DNA of 64,000 nucleotides from Bdellovibrionales bacterium (GCA_965261545.1 CBDHDF010000007.1:64001-128000), one strand, 5' to 3'; shown: positions 1 through 11,565, counted from the first letter of the stretch. Numbers and translations: made by a program. Notes: generated from the letters alone by a model not told the origin.

Positions 1-15
1 GAAACTCACGACTTC

Positions 16-396
16 TTGCAGAATGCAAAGACAGCCTTTGTAGAAGCCGTGTCTTCATTTAACAAACTTAAAGATTCTTCTCTGGGCACGGTGAAAATTT
101 ATGGTATCGCCAAAACGAAACTTGATTTTATGCTCTTTCGAAATGGTCATAAACTCATTTTTTCAATGAAGCAACCAGGACAAGTGAGCATTTTATTTCA
201 GAACATAGCAAGTTCTTTTGCTCCTCCTCTCGTGCGCAACGAAGAAAGCAACATCTCTGCTATGAATGAAACAACTATTACAGCTCAGTGGGGGGCCTTT
301 GGGGATATGAAATGGTCCTACCAAGGTCATGTCGTTCAATTGGACTCTCTTGTAAGGTACTATCTTTCTCGGTTTATTAGAGAGAGTGCTCGCTGA
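16..396 (+). CDS. Hypothetical protein (probably 5'-truncated by window edge)
   Basis: 126-aa ORF, frame open to the window start; no recognised motif. Confidence 0.5.
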   Translation: MQNAKTAFVEAVSSFNKLKDSSLGTVKIYGIAKTKLDFMLFRNGHKLIFSMKQPGQVSILFQNIASSFAPPLVRNEESNISAMNETTITAQWGAFGDMKWSYQGHVVQLDSLVRYYLSRFIRESAR

Positions 397-493
397 GTTT
401 CATCTTGACCTTAGCTTTGAGGAGCAACACCCGAAATCTTCTTAAACCACACCATCTTATCATCTTAAACCCTCTTAACTTGAAAGCCTGACA

Positions 494-1201
494 TTGCCGC
501 CAAAGAAAACATTAGAAAAAAAAAGAAAACAACAGCCTCAGTCTCATAATGCTTTATTCAATGAAACTTTCCTTAATGAGAGGTACTGTCTAGATATTTT
601 CCGTCACGGACGACAAAAGCACTGGAGGGGTCCCCTGAATTTTCAAGATTCTCTGGATGGGCTCACTCCCGTTTTAAGACAAAAATTTGGGAAGAATATC
701 CTCAATTTTCGTTGTAAGTTGTTGAATATTCATGATATAAATCTTTACCGTGGAGTTGGCAGGAATTTGCTTTCTAGGCCGATTTTGCTTATAATGAGTA
801 GTATCTGGAAGCTTCGCCACGAGACCATTGTGGAGTTGTTTCAGATGGGTACAAATTTGGGTGAGAAGGATCAACAGTTCCTTATTCAAAAGGCGGTGGA
901 TTATATCCACCGAAACGATTCAGATTTTACTTTAAATGTACTCAGTAAGATTGAAAAAGAAAGTATCGAGGAGGATCAAAGAGTTATGTCAGCATTGCAA
1001 TGTTCTTTGGATGAAGCTGAAGAAAAGGGTCTTAAAAAGGGTCGTGAAGAGGGCCTTAGGGGCCTCAAAGAGGGCCGTGAAGAAACAGCATTACGAATGA
1101 TTCAAAATGGCTTTGAGGTAGAAGCGATTTGTTTATGTACTAGACTCACTGCCAAGGAAGTGGAGGAATTGCGTAAAAAAGCCAAAAACACAAAGTCCTA
1201 A
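494..1201 (+). pseudogene. Rpn/YhgA-like (recombination-promoting nuclease) gene, apparently internally deleted
   Basis: N-terminal HNALFNETF motif, HGRQKHW..PLNF segment, C-terminal EEKGLKKGREEG repeat and helical tail; the PD-(D/E)XK core expected between LDIFR and HGRQK is not visible. Confidence 0.65.
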
Positions 1202-1245
1202 CAGCAACCCTCTCTAAATCAGTAATAACAATGGGTAGCCGACCC

Positions 1246-1719
1246 CTAGGCTATTTTTTTATTATGCTTTGTCTTGTGGACATCCTTTTTGTTATCTCCC
1301 CCTTTATGATGGGCACATTTTGTATTCTTTGAGAAATGCAAGTTCATGTCTTGCCTTGCGATTTCCATACCCATGAGGTCTTGAATCATATCTGTTTTGG
1401 CAGACTCGACAAAAGAGAGTACCTTGAGGTCTTGAAAAAGAATCTCACTCACCAATTCTTCTTTATAGGCAATAGCTTCTTGCACCTCGCATTGGTCTGT
1501 TTCTTTAAAAGAGATATTGTCCAAGCTATTTTCGCTGATACCCCCAATTTTTTCACTCACTTGGTTGAGAGCCTGTAAGATAATCTCCCTACGGCTATAA
1601 AATTTCTGTAAATCTCCAAGCATTCCTTTGTCTAATTTGAGCAATTGATTCTTATTCACATTGTAGAATTCTCTTAAATATTTATTTCTTTCATGAAGTA
1701 AATCAATGAACCCTTCCAT
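1246..1719 (-). CDS. Hypothetical helical protein (possibly FlgN/FliT-like)
   Basis: 157-aa ORF with GGGGGAA purine run upstream of ATG; family guess is weak. Confidence 0.5.
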   Translation of the reverse strand: MEGFIDLLHERNKYLREFYNVNKNQLLKLDKGMLGDLQKFYSRREIILQALNQVSEKIGGISENSLDNISFKETDQCEVQEAIAYKEELVSEILFQDLKVLSFVESAKTDMIQDLMGMEIARQDMNLHFSKNTKCAHHKGGDNKKDVHKTKHNKKIA

Positions 1720-2187
1720 GGTTCCCCCTTGACCTTTGCTCTTTTAATGTGGTTCCGTTCCTTTAGTTCTGTATTTTCTTTCGGCTTGTCACTCATCATT
1801 CTTAACGGTGTTTTGGTTTTCTCAGGGGTGAACTGGATAACTCTGATTTATTCTTGGCTTATGACTTGCGCTTCCATGGGCCTTTGTCGAGCCCCCATTC
1901 ACTTTTCACTCTTCTCGCCTTCACTCCTCAAGACCTCTTTCAGTTCGTGTTGTGATCTTACAGGCCGTCCTTAGCAGTCTGGTGACATAACTTTGTGAGA
2001 AACGGGAACTGGTGCGATGCATAAATAGAGCGTTTTGCGGTTAACACATTGCTCAAATAAAGAGTGCATGTTAGGACTATTTTGTTATAAGAAAATAGTA
2101 AACCAACATCTCGCAATTTACTCTGGTCTCTAGGGCATTTTCCCATGGGCTCAAACATTGTGGGAGAAGCCTAACCAGAGAGGTCAT

Positions 2188-3171
2188 ATGTCTCATATCA
2201 CTTTAAAAAGTATGCTTGGTGCAGGTGTTCATTTTGGCCACCAAACCCAACGGTGGAACCCTAAAATGAAGCCCTATGTTTACACAGCAAGGGGTGGTAT
2301 TCATATCATTGACCTGCAAAAATCCCTTATCCTCGCCAAAAGAGCGGCTGCTTTCATCAAAGAATCTGCTTCTGGAGGGGAGCGTCTTATTTTTGTGGGT
2401 ACAAAAAAGCAAGCCATTGAACCCATTCACGAAGCTGCCGTCAGATCTGGTCAGTACTGGGTGACAAAGCGGTGGTTGGGGGGAATGCTGACGAACTTTA
2501 CAACAATTAAGGCAAGCATTGATCGTCTCAAAAAAATTGACCGTATGCGTGACAAAGGGGAACTTAGCTTCTTTTCTAAAAAGGAGCGAGCCCGTATGGA
2601 AAAAGAATATCAAAAACTTGATGAATACCTGAGTGGTATTCGCAATATGAAGGACAACCCCTCGGCTCTTTTTGTGGTTGACCTCAACAAGGAGCACATT
2701 GCTGTGGCCGAGGCCAAAAAACTGGGAATTAAGGTTGTAGGCATTGCCGATACAAATTCCAACCCTGAATCTGTGGATTACCCCATTCCTGGGAATGACG
2801 ACGCCACTCGATCCATTCGACTTTTTACAGAAATGATTGCTGATGCCTACTTGGAGGGAGTCAAAGAGTGGGAGGCCAAGAAAAAAGTCATTGATCCCGA
2901 AGTGACTAAAGAAAAAACCGCTGGGATCAAAGAAGGTGTTACTCCTGAGGGGGGGCCATCTGTGATTAGGGTGGCCAAGGGACGGAAGCTCGTGGCTGCA
3001 GGGACAGCAGAAGATGTCGAAATTGAACAAGAGTTAGAAATGCAACAAAAGGAAGTTGGTGGAGTGACTGAAGAAAGTCTTGTGGAAACAAGTGAAGCAG
3101 CTCTAGGAAGTGACGCACCTGTCGAAGGGAAGCAGGGAATTCAACCTATGGAGATTAAAAATGGCCATTGA
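2188..3171 (+). CDS. rpsB: 30S ribosomal protein S2 with long acidic C-terminal extension
   Basis: AGVHFGHQTQRWNPKM, RWLGGMLTNF and IPGNDDA motifs; GAGAGG RBS before ATG 2188. Confidence 0.98.
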   Translation: MSHITLKSMLGAGVHFGHQTQRWNPKMKPYVYTARGGIHIIDLQKSLILAKRAAAFIKESASGGERLIFVGTKKQAIEPIHEAAVRSGQYWVTKRWLGGMLTNFTTIKASIDRLKKIDRMRDKGELSFFSKKERARMEKEYQKLDEYLSGIRNMKDNPSALFVVDLNKEHIAVAEAKKLGIKVVGIADTNSNPESVDYPIPGNDDATRSIRLFTEMIADAYLEGVKEWEAKKKVIDPEVTKEKTAGIKEGVTPEGGPSVIRVAKGRKLVAAGTAEDVEIEQELEMQQKEVGGVTEESLVETSEAALGSDAPVEGKQGIQPMEIKNGH

Positions 3172-3814
3172 TGCATCATCAGTAAAAGAGTTAAGAGAAA
3201 AAACAAGTGCTGGAATACTCGACTGTAAAAAGGCTTTGGAAGAAACCCAGGGCGACTTTGATAAAGCTATCGATTGGCTACGAACCAAGGGCTTAAGTCG
3301 AGCTTCTAAAAAGGCAGGTCGCACTGCCGCCGAAGGATTGGTTGCATCTTATATTCATGGAGAAGGACGCATTGGTGTCTTGTTGGAAATAAATTCAGAA
3401 ACAGATTTTGTGGCTCGTAACGAAGAATTTAAGAGTTTTGTAAATGATATTGCTATGCATATTGCAGCTTCAACTCCCCGGCATGTGAGTTCTGAAGAGA
3501 TTCCCGAAGAAGCTCGCAACAAAGAAAAAGAGATTCTTCTCCTTAAGGGAAAGGAGGAGGGCAAAAAGCCTGAGTTGATGGATAAGATTATCAATGGGCA
3601 ACTCAAGAAGTGGGAGTCTGAAATTTGCCTTCTAAGCCAGCCCTTTGTCAAAGACCCAGACAAAAAGGTGGGTGATTATTTAAAGGAAACCATTGCAAGA
3701 ATTGGTGAAAATATTGTCATACGCAGGTTCCAGCGCTGGGAATTGGGTGAAGGTATTGAGAAAAAAACAGACAATTTTGCTGAAGAAGTTGCTGCACAGG
3801 TGAGACAAGGCTGA
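3161..3814 (+). CDS. tsf: Elongation factor Ts (short form, 217 aa)
   Basis: VKELREKTSAGILDCKKAL and EINSETDFVA motifs; follows rpsB. Confidence 0.97.
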   Translation: MAIDASSVKELREKTSAGILDCKKALEETQGDFDKAIDWLRTKGLSRASKKAGRTAAEGLVASYIHGEGRIGVLLEINSETDFVARNEEFKSFVNDIAMHIAASTPRHVSSEEIPEEARNKEKEILLLKGKEEGKKPELMDKIINGQLKKWESEICLLSQPFVKDPDKKVGDYLKETIARIGENIVIRRFQRWELGEGIEKKTDNFAEEVAAQVRQG

Positions 3815-3845
3815 GCAAGGGCTGAACGAGGGTTGAGCAAGCTGA

Positions 3846-4580
<735 letters not shown>

Positions 4581-4637
4581 AAACCCTAGGAACCTTGGTT
4601 CAAAAATAGGGAAAATTAGGAAAAATAGGGAGGAAAA

Positions 4638-5210
4638 ATGGTCGAAGAAGAAGTGGTCGAAAATTTAAATATAACCACTGAAGAAAACATGAATAAAACT
4701 GTTGAATCTCTGCGTGGTGGACTCAAAAAAGTTCGTACTGGTCGTGCGCAAGTGTCTATGCTTGACAATGTGAAAGCGGATTGCTACGGAAGCCTCACCC
4801 CCATGAACCAGATGGCAGCTATTTCTTGTCCAGACCCCAAGTCGTTCTTAATTGCCCCCTGGGATGCCAATCTTCTTAAGAGTATCGAAACAGCTATTGT
4901 GAGAAGCGATCTTGGTATGTCCCCCCAGAATGATGGCAAAGTGATTCGTCTCAAGTTACCTGAGTTAACAGAAGACCGACGTAAGGAGTTGGTAAAAACC
5001 ATCAAAAAAATGACAGAGGATGCTAAGGTGGCTATTCGAATGGCTCGAAGAGATGCCAATGAAGCCCTAAAAAAGGCTCTTAAAGAAAAAAAAATCTCTG
5101 AAGACGAACAAAAAAGAAGTACAGACGAGATTCAAAAACTCACAGATACTTTCATAAAAAAAGTAGATGGCATCATGGTCGAAAAAGAAAAAGACCTCAT
5201 GACTTTGTAG
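4638..5210 (+). CDS. frr: Ribosome recycling factor
   Basis: VRTGRA, PELTEDRRKELVK and IRMARRDAN motifs; GGAGG RBS. Confidence 0.98.
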   Translation: MVEEEVVENLNITTEENMNKTVESLRGGLKKVRTGRAQVSMLDNVKADCYGSLTPMNQMAAISCPDPKSFLIAPWDANLLKSIETAIVRSDLGMSPQNDGKVIRLKLPELTEDRRKELVKTIKKMTEDAKVAIRMARRDANEALKKALKEKKISEDEQKRSTDEIQKLTDTFIKKVDGIMVEKEKDLMTL

Positions 5211-5291
5211 AATGGCTTGGGTCATCTTGGTTTATATATGAAAAGAATCCTTATAAAGAAAAAAGTTTATTAAAACAAAGGGGCTATTAGC

Positions 5292-6125
5292 GTGAGTACC
5301 ATTCCCAATCATCTAGCAATTATAATGGATGGAAATGGGCGTTGGGCAAGGGCGCGTGGCCATGGCCGCCATTATGGTCATGTGCGAGGGGCTCAAACAG
5401 CAAAAAAGATCATTCAATTTTGTGCTGAACAGGGCCTTAAGCACCTGACCCTTTTTGCTTTTAGCACCGAGAATTGGTTTCGTCCTCCTGGGGAAATTTC
5501 TTTCCTTATGAGCTTAATGCATAGGCAACTCCATCGTGAAAGAGAGAATTTGGTTAAAAATAACATGTGTTTTCGGTGTGTGGGGGACAAGAGTCGACTC
5601 CAACCCACATTGAGAAAGCTTATTGAGGAAACAGAAGAGACAACAAAGCACAATACAGGAATGACCCTTGTGTTTGCCTTGAGCTACAGTGGTCGGCAAG
5701 AGATTCGCCATGGATTTGAAAAGATATTAAAATTGGTAGAGTCGGGGCACCTTAAAGCCTCTGACATCAACGATAAACTTATTTCAGAGTCCCTAGAGTC
5801 ATCTTTCTTGCCAGATCCCGACCTCATTATTCGCACCAGTGGAGAAACAAGAATATCGAATTTTTTTCTGTGGCAGGCCGCCTATAGTGAAATTTACTTT
5901 ATAGAAAAATGCTGGCCTGATTTCTGTTATGAAGACATTTTATCTTCTTTTCGTCGATTTTCACAAAGTGAACGCCGCTACGGTGAAGTCTCTGCCTCTC
6001 CTGCGGAGTTAACTCCTCCCACGGAATTGACTTTCCCCAAGGAACAGGCTCCCCCTGCGGAATCGATATCTAAAGACCATTTGCGTCAACCCCCTCCCTT
6101 TCTTGCTTCTTCTTTTGTGAGATGA
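5292..6125 (+). CDS. uppS: Undecaprenyl diphosphate synthase
   Basis: HLAIIMDGNGRWA, FSTENW and DLIIRTSGETRISNFFLWQ motifs. Confidence 0.97.
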   Translation: MSTIPNHLAIIMDGNGRWARARGHGRHYGHVRGAQTAKKIIQFCAEQGLKHLTLFAFSTENWFRPPGEISFLMSLMHRQLHRERENLVKNNMCFRCVGDKSRLQPTLRKLIEETEETTKHNTGMTLVFALSYSGRQEIRHGFEKILKLVESGHLKASDINDKLISESLESSFLPDPDLIIRTSGETRISNFFLWQAAYSEIYFIEKCWPDFCYEDILSSFRRFSQSERRYGEVSASPAELTPPTELTFPKEQAPPAESISKDHLRQPPPFLASSFVR

Positions 6126-7000
6126 GTTTGCTTTCTACCCTAAAAAGGTCTTTTAAAAGACCCTTGGCCGTAAGAGTGATGTCTACCCTTGTGGCCATTT
6201 CATTATTAACAGGCATCTATGAGTTTTGGGGAAGTTTGGGTTTTATATGGATGGGGTGTCTTGTGTCCTTTTTTGCAACCATCGAATTTTTGCAAACAGC
6301 TCTTCTTTCGTTGAAAGAAGAAAGGCTTCTCCAAGTGATATTTGTCTTCTTGACCACCTTTTTGTTGGTCACTCCACTTGTGGTGTCATGGCCCCACCCC
6401 TTTTTCCATTTGGCTCTTTGGGGGCTTGGAGCTGTCCTTTTGTTCTCTGCTTCCCTCTGGCAACTCAAAGACAAGTGCAGCAACCAAAAAATACTGACCA
6501 ACCTTGTTCTCTTGCTTTTGGGTCTTTTTTATTGCTCGATACTACCGGCACTGACCCTATTCCTCCTTAAACTCCCCGTAGGAGTTTTTTGGTTCTTGTC
6601 CCTTCTTACAGTTGTTTTATCGGGGGATACCTTGGCCTATTTAGGTGGACGACTTTGGGGAAAGCGAAAACTCCACCCACAGATTTCACCAAAGAAGACA
6701 ACCGAGGGGGCCCTGTGTGGTCTTCTAGGTTCTATTCTTGGCGCAGGTATTTCATTTTTATGGTGCCCCATTGAAGCTGAGATACCTTTGGTTACTTTCC
6801 TCATTCTTGGAGGAGGAAGTGCTCTCTTAGCCCAGTGTGGAGATTTATTTGAATCTCTTATTAAGAGAGTGGGAGACGTAAAAGACTCGGGAGCATTCAT
6901 GCCCGGTCACGGGGGTGTTTTGGACCGCATTGACGGAATTCTCTTTGCCTCCCCTTTATTCTTGATCGTAGCTTTATTTTATGACAGTTCTATTTTATAA
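6122..7000 (+). CDS. cdsA: Phosphatidate cytidylyltransferase
   Basis: ISPKKTTEG and GDLFESLIKR..VKDSG..MPGHGGVLDRIDG motifs; hydrophobic. Confidence 0.96.
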   Translation: MSLLSTLKRSFKRPLAVRVMSTLVAISLLTGIYEFWGSLGFIWMGCLVSFFATIEFLQTALLSLKEERLLQVIFVFLTTFLLVTPLVVSWPHPFFHLALWGLGAVLLFSASLWQLKDKCSNQKILTNLVLLLLGLFYCSILPALTLFLLKLPVGVFWFLSLLTVVLSGDTLAYLGGRLWGKRKLHPQISPKKTTEGALCGLLGSILGAGISFLWCPIEAEIPLVTFLILGGGSALLAQCGDLFESLIKRVGDVKDSGAFMPGHGGVLDRIDGILFASPLFLIVALFYDSSIL

Positions 7001-7100
7001 TTTACAAAAGTTCTATGGTCGTTCCTATAGTCACTCTATTTTTCTTATGATGGTTCTATAACAGTTGATTTTTATCAATAAATGAGGAGATAATAGATTC

Positions 7101-8774
7101 ATGATGCATTTTATTCAAGAAGGTTTTTCATACATTGGCCCCTCTTTTATTCTCCTTGGTCTTCTCATTTTTGTTCATGAATTCGGACACTTTTTCATCG
7201 CAAAATGCTGTGGTGTGCGAGTGGAAGTTTTTAGCCTAGGCTTTGGCAAAAAGATTTTTCAATTTCGCGGTGGTGATACAACCTACTGTATTTCACTGAT
7301 TCCCCTTGGTGGATATGTCAAGATGTTTGGCGACGACCTCAGTGCCCAGGTTTCTGATGAAGACAAAGCTTTTTCATTTCTACACAAGAATGTGGGACAG
7401 CGTATTGCCATTGTTTTGGCAGGGCCTTTAATGAATTTTATTTTTGCCGCCTTTTTATTTACGTGCATTGCCATAATTGGCCAGAGAGTGGCGTCGCCCA
7501 CTCTTGGTGACATTGCCCCTTCGTCTGAAGCTTTTCAGGCCGGCTTTCGTTCAGGGGATAAAATCCACTCCATCAATGAAACAAATATTTATACGTGGCG
7601 TGAGGCTCAAGAAATCATACGTCGCCATACGAATCAACCTCTAAGTTTCACCGTCAACAACTCCTTTACAGGGCCACGGAACTTCAGGGCCACACCCTCT
7701 CATATTGATAATAGTGACATCTTTAGTTGGAGTAAAAAAGTGGGGGGTTTTGGGGGGCTAGGCACCTCATCAAAGGCGCCTCTCGTGGGTGTTCCCAGTG
7801 CAGATAGCTTAGCCGCCAGGGTGGGGATGGAGTCTTTGGATCTCATCACCCACATCAATGGAAGAGAAATTCTTTATTGGCGTGACCTTGGGCCTCGGCT
7901 TTTTGCCGAAATCCAAAAGAGTAAAGAACTTATCTTGACAGTCAAGCCCTATATTCATGGCAAAGATACAAACTCTCGAGATATTTCCTTGGGAGATTGG
8001 GTCCCTGAATCTGTGGACTCTGCTCTCTCAGAACTCGGAGTGGAGACCACAGAACTCTACCTTCTTCAAGTCGTGAAGGGGTCTCCATCAGAGCGAGTGG
8101 GTCTACGCCGTGGTGATAAGCTTATTTCTATTCAAGGAGAGCCCGTCATGATATGGGATGACGTTCTTCGGTCTGTAAAAGGTTTTAAGGATTCGGAGGT
8201 TCCCCTTGATTTTGTCATATTGAGAAAGGGAGAGTCCCAAAGCTTTGTTATCAAGCCTGAAATAAAAGAACATATGAACAGTGAACTGCAAGATGAAAAG
8301 AGATTTATGGTTGGTATTGTCTCTGCCATGACTTCCGTGGGAACTCCACCAATCACAAAGACAACATCAAATCCCCTTGAGGCTATTAGGGAAGGCATTG
8401 AACAATCTTTCCACTGGACCAACCTTGTTGTTCTGAGCCTTGTACGCCTTGTACAAAATGAAATCTCACCCCGTAATATTTCCAGCGTTATCACCATGGG
8501 CAAAGTGGCGGGCCAGTCTTTTAAAGTAGGTCTTTCCCCCTTCCTAAAAATTATGGCAATAATTTCCATCAACTTGTTTCTTGTCAACCTTCTTCCCATC
8601 CCGGTGCTTGACGGTGGGCATCTTATGTTTCTTATTATTGAGGCTCTTCGTGGTGCCCCCATTAGTGTCAAAAAAATGGAAATGGCTCAGCAAGTGGGGC
8701 TTATCATTATGATGGCTTTGATGGCCTACGCTTTATTTAACGATGTTTCAAATCTCCCACCTTGGCCTTGGTAG
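7101..8774 (+). CDS. rseP: RIP metalloprotease RseP with multiple PDZ domains
   Basis: HEFGH and NLLPIPVLDGGH motifs; synteny. Confidence 0.96.
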   Translation: MMHFIQEGFSYIGPSFILLGLLIFVHEFGHFFIAKCCGVRVEVFSLGFGKKIFQFRGGDTTYCISLIPLGGYVKMFGDDLSAQVSDEDKAFSFLHKNVGQRIAIVLAGPLMNFIFAAFLFTCIAIIGQRVASPTLGDIAPSSEAFQAGFRSGDKIHSINETNIYTWREAQEIIRRHTNQPLSFTVNNSFTGPRNFRATPSHIDNSDIFSWSKKVGGFGGLGTSSKAPLVGVPSADSLAARVGMESLDLITHINGREILYWRDLGPRLFAEIQKSKELILTVKPYIHGKDTNSRDISLGDWVPESVDSALSELGVETTELYLLQVVKGSPSERVGLRRGDKLISIQGEPVMIWDDVLRSVKGFKDSEVPLDFVILRKGESQSFVIKPEIKEHMNSELQDEKRFMVGIVSAMTSVGTPPITKTTSNPLEAIREGIEQSFHWTNLVVLSLVRLVQNEISPRNISSVITMGKVAGQSFKVGLSPFLKIMAIISINLFLVNLLPIPVLDGGHLMFLIIEALRGAPISVKKMEMAQQVGLIIMMALMAYALFNDVSNLPPWPW

Positions 8775-8856
8775 GAAGTAAGCTAAGCAAGAATTCATTC
8801 TTCTCATTGGTTCGTAGGTGGAAAAAAATGTTACGCACTATTATAGATAGTAAATA

Positions 8857-9669
8857 GTGGGAGAACTATTGCATATGGTGGTTTTGGCCATAGATACAAG
8901 CACTTCTATGGGAAGCATGGGGTTTTATGAAATCCACAAGGATCAATGGACCCTCCTTGCAGATAAGAACTGGGTAGGTTCTCACTCTGAAGTCATCACA
9001 GAAATTCTCATGGAGTTGCTCTCACAGGCTCAGTTAAAGCTAAAACAATTAGAGAGGATTTATGTGGGGATAGGTCCTGGAAGCTTCACGGGACTTCGTG
9101 TCTCCATCAACCTTGTGAGGACTATTTCTTATAGCTTTTCCATTCCCGTAGGAGCCGTCAACTCTTTAGCCCTTCTGGCTTGGCCCCATGCCCACCGCCA
9201 TGGTCAAGAAAACAAAACACTGAGCCTTATGAAAGCACAGAAAAATATCGTCTACGCTGGTGCGTACGCTTCCATTCAAAAGAATTTTAAGGAACTTCTT
9301 GCTCCCACATCCATGGGGGATACAGAATTACTTGGATATATCGAAAGCCACTTCATAGCCCCTCCTGCGGACCCCATGGTGGTTCCATTAACTTCATCGA
9401 CTCCATTAGTTTCATCAGTTCCATCGGCTTCTTCTGACCCTACACCTCCGATTCTATGTGGTTGGATTCACGATGAGCTCAAAGAGAAAATCGCCCAAAA
9501 GCATTCACTTCAGATACTTACATCCACACCAAGGTCCAGCCATTTGGTTGAGTATTATCTCCTTGGTCCACATAAATTTAAGCCCATGGCTTGGAGAGAG
9601 ATTGTTCCCCTTTATATTCGAGCCTCTGCAGCAGAAGAGATACAAAAAGAGAAACAAAAAATGAAATAA
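8857..9669 (+). CDS. tsaB: tRNA threonylcarbamoyladenosine biosynthesis protein TsaB
   Basis: LAIDTST, GPGSFTGLR and PLYIR motifs; true start may be ATG 8875. Confidence 0.92.
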   Translation: MGELLHMVVLAIDTSTSMGSMGFYEIHKDQWTLLADKNWVGSHSEVITEILMELLSQAQLKLKQLERIYVGIGPGSFTGLRVSINLVRTISYSFSIPVGAVNSLALLAWPHAHRHGQENKTLSLMKAQKNIVYAGAYASIQKNFKELLAPTSMGDTELLGYIESHFIAPPADPMVVPLTSSTPLVSSVPSASSDPTPPILCGWIHDELKEKIAQKHSLQILTSTPRSSHLVEYYLLGPHKFKPMAWREIVPLYIRASAAEEIQKEKQKMK

Positions 9670-9752
9670 CTCAAACCTCTCTATGACAAAAGTGTGTGAC
9701 CCTGCCATGTTGCTGTGCCTATAATAAAGATGAGAAAAAGGAAGATAACTTC

Positions 9753-9785
9753 TAAGAATGAATTAAGAATGAATTAAGAATGAAT
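9753..9785. repeat. 11-bp tandem repeat TAAGAATGAAT x3
   Basis: Read directly from sequence. Confidence 0.9.
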
Positions 9786-9805
9786 GGGTCCTATGAAAGG
9801 CTTTT

Positions 9806-10459
9806 ATGACTTCCCCAATTCACCAACAGAGTTACTATGAACTCCTTGAGGTGACAACTTCGGCATCTTTGGATGAAATCCAAAAAGCTTATTCGCGCAC
9901 AAAAAAACTATACTCACTGGATCGTCCCGCCCTTTATTCCATGTTTTCCAAAGAAGAGGCCCAGGAGTTGCTTCACCTTATCGAAACAGCTTATCAAACC
10001 CTTAGCCACAAAATGAGAAGACTGAATTATGATTTAGAGTTAAAAAATAATAGTTTGAATATTTCCAATCACTCTATTCATTCCATGAAAGCAATAAGCT
10101 TTACAGCTATGCAAAAGGAGGGAGTCTTGCCCAAGGGTTTTGCAAGATCCAAAGTGAGTGTTTATGAGGTGGTGCCTCAAACTGAAGAATGGATATCCAA
10201 TGAGATTGTTTTCGATGGGAGTTTTCTGCAAAAGGTTCGAATGTATAAAAATATAGATTTGGAAAAAATGAGCCAGGTGACTTGTATTAGTCGCAGTTAT
10301 TTGGCAGCCATTGAATCCAATGACTTTGAAGCTTTGCCTGCGGCGGTCTTTGTTCGTGGTTTTATCATTCAAATTTGTAAAACGCTTCACTTAAACAGCG
10401 AAAAGATGGCTAACACCTACATGCATTACTTTAACAAGGGTTGTGTTGGGCAAAGTTAA
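9806..10459 (+). CDS. J-domain-like plus RodZ-type HTH protein
   Basis: YYELLEV...EIQKAY...RRLNYD N-terminus without HPD; C-terminal YLAAIESNDFEALPAAVFVRGFI HTH. Confidence 0.8.
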   Translation: MTSPIHQQSYYELLEVTTSASLDEIQKAYSRTKKLYSLDRPALYSMFSKEEAQELLHLIETAYQTLSHKMRRLNYDLELKNNSLNISNHSIHSMKAISFTAMQKEGVLPKGFARSKVSVYEVVPQTEEWISNEIVFDGSFLQKVRMYKNIDLEKMSQVTCISRSYLAAIESNDFEALPAAVFVRGFIIQICKTLHLNSEKMANTYMHYFNKGCVGQS

Positions 10460-11411
10460 GAAGGTCACCTTGGTGATCCAAGAAGAAAATTCTCAGCAAA
10501 GATTAGATAAAGCTTTGTCATTTCTCCCATCTATCAAAACAAGGTCACAGGCCACCAAGCTTATTCAAGTAAAATCTGTCTTTTTTAAAGGAAAGCCTGT
10601 GAAGGCATCTCATACAACATCTCTCGGAGAAAAGTTTGAAATACTTATTCCTATTTGTGAAAAGTTGAAGCCCTATGAATTTCCCTTAAATATTTTATTT
10701 GAAGACAAAGACATCATTGTGGTGAATAAGCCCTCAGGACTTGTTGTTCATCCCGCTCATGGCCATGGGGAAGACACCTTGGTCAACGCTCTTATCGGTC
10801 GTGGCACCCCTCTTTCCACGGGTTCCCATGAATTGAGGCCAGGAATTGTTCACCGACTGGATAAGGACACCAGTGGAGTTTTGGTTGTTGCTAAAAATAA
10901 CCATTCCCATAGCTTCCTCGGCCAGCAATTCAAGCAAAGGCAGGTGATGCGGTCTTATTGGGCTCTGCTTTTTGGTGAGCCCAAAGTTAATAAGGGTACC
11001 ATTTCAAGTTACTTGGTTCGCCACCCCAAAAACCGCAAAAAATACGCCTCCCTACGAGCTGAGGGACCCTCTGATCAAGGCAAGCTGGCGATTACCCACT
11101 ACAAAACCCTTAAAACCTTTCTCTCAGGATTGAGCCTCGTGCAGTGCCAATTAGAAACGGGAAGAACCCACCAAATCAGGGTTCACATGTCGGAGAGAGC
11201 TCACCCCATTGTGGGAGACCTTGTCTATGGAGGAGGCAAGGCCCTTAAAAGAGTCCCATCAAAAAGAATAAGAAAAGTCTTATCCTCCATGAATCGCATT
11301 GGGCTTCACGCTTTTGAGCTTAAGTTTCAGCATCCTGAGACCCATGAATGGATGCACTTTCAAAGCGACTGGCCAAGTCAAATTCAAGACATTCTCTCTC
11401 TTTTGTCCTAA
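10443..11411 (+). CDS. rluD: RluA-family 23S rRNA pseudouridine synthase (RluD-like)
   Basis: S4 domain RLDKAL; VHRLDKDTSG and LETGRTHQIRVH motifs. Confidence 0.88.
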   Translation: MLGKVKKVTLVIQEENSQQRLDKALSFLPSIKTRSQATKLIQVKSVFFKGKPVKASHTTSLGEKFEILIPICEKLKPYEFPLNILFEDKDIIVVNKPSGLVVHPAHGHGEDTLVNALIGRGTPLSTGSHELRPGIVHRLDKDTSGVLVVAKNNHSHSFLGQQFKQRQVMRSYWALLFGEPKVNKGTISSYLVRHPKNRKKYASLRAEGPSDQGKLAITHYKTLKTFLSGLSLVQCQLETGRTHQIRVHMSERAHPIVGDLVYGGGKALKRVPSKRIRKVLSSMNRIGLHAFELKFQHPETHEWMHFQSDWPSQIQDILSLLS

Positions 11412-11565
11412 GTCTGAGACTCGTTCTTAAAACCTGACACAAGAATTGTAAGAGAAAAACCGACAGCCTCCCCATAGAGCTTCAATCCCTTCATGGTAGA
11501 GCTTATCAACATCAGGGGCCTCCTCACTACGGCAACTTTATGAGAAATGCGAGTGAGTTGGGCGA

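Noticed and set aside
2203..3030. 275-aa antisense ORF and similar shadow ORFs across the window
   Set aside because: Opposite or overlapping well-supported genes, with no motifs.
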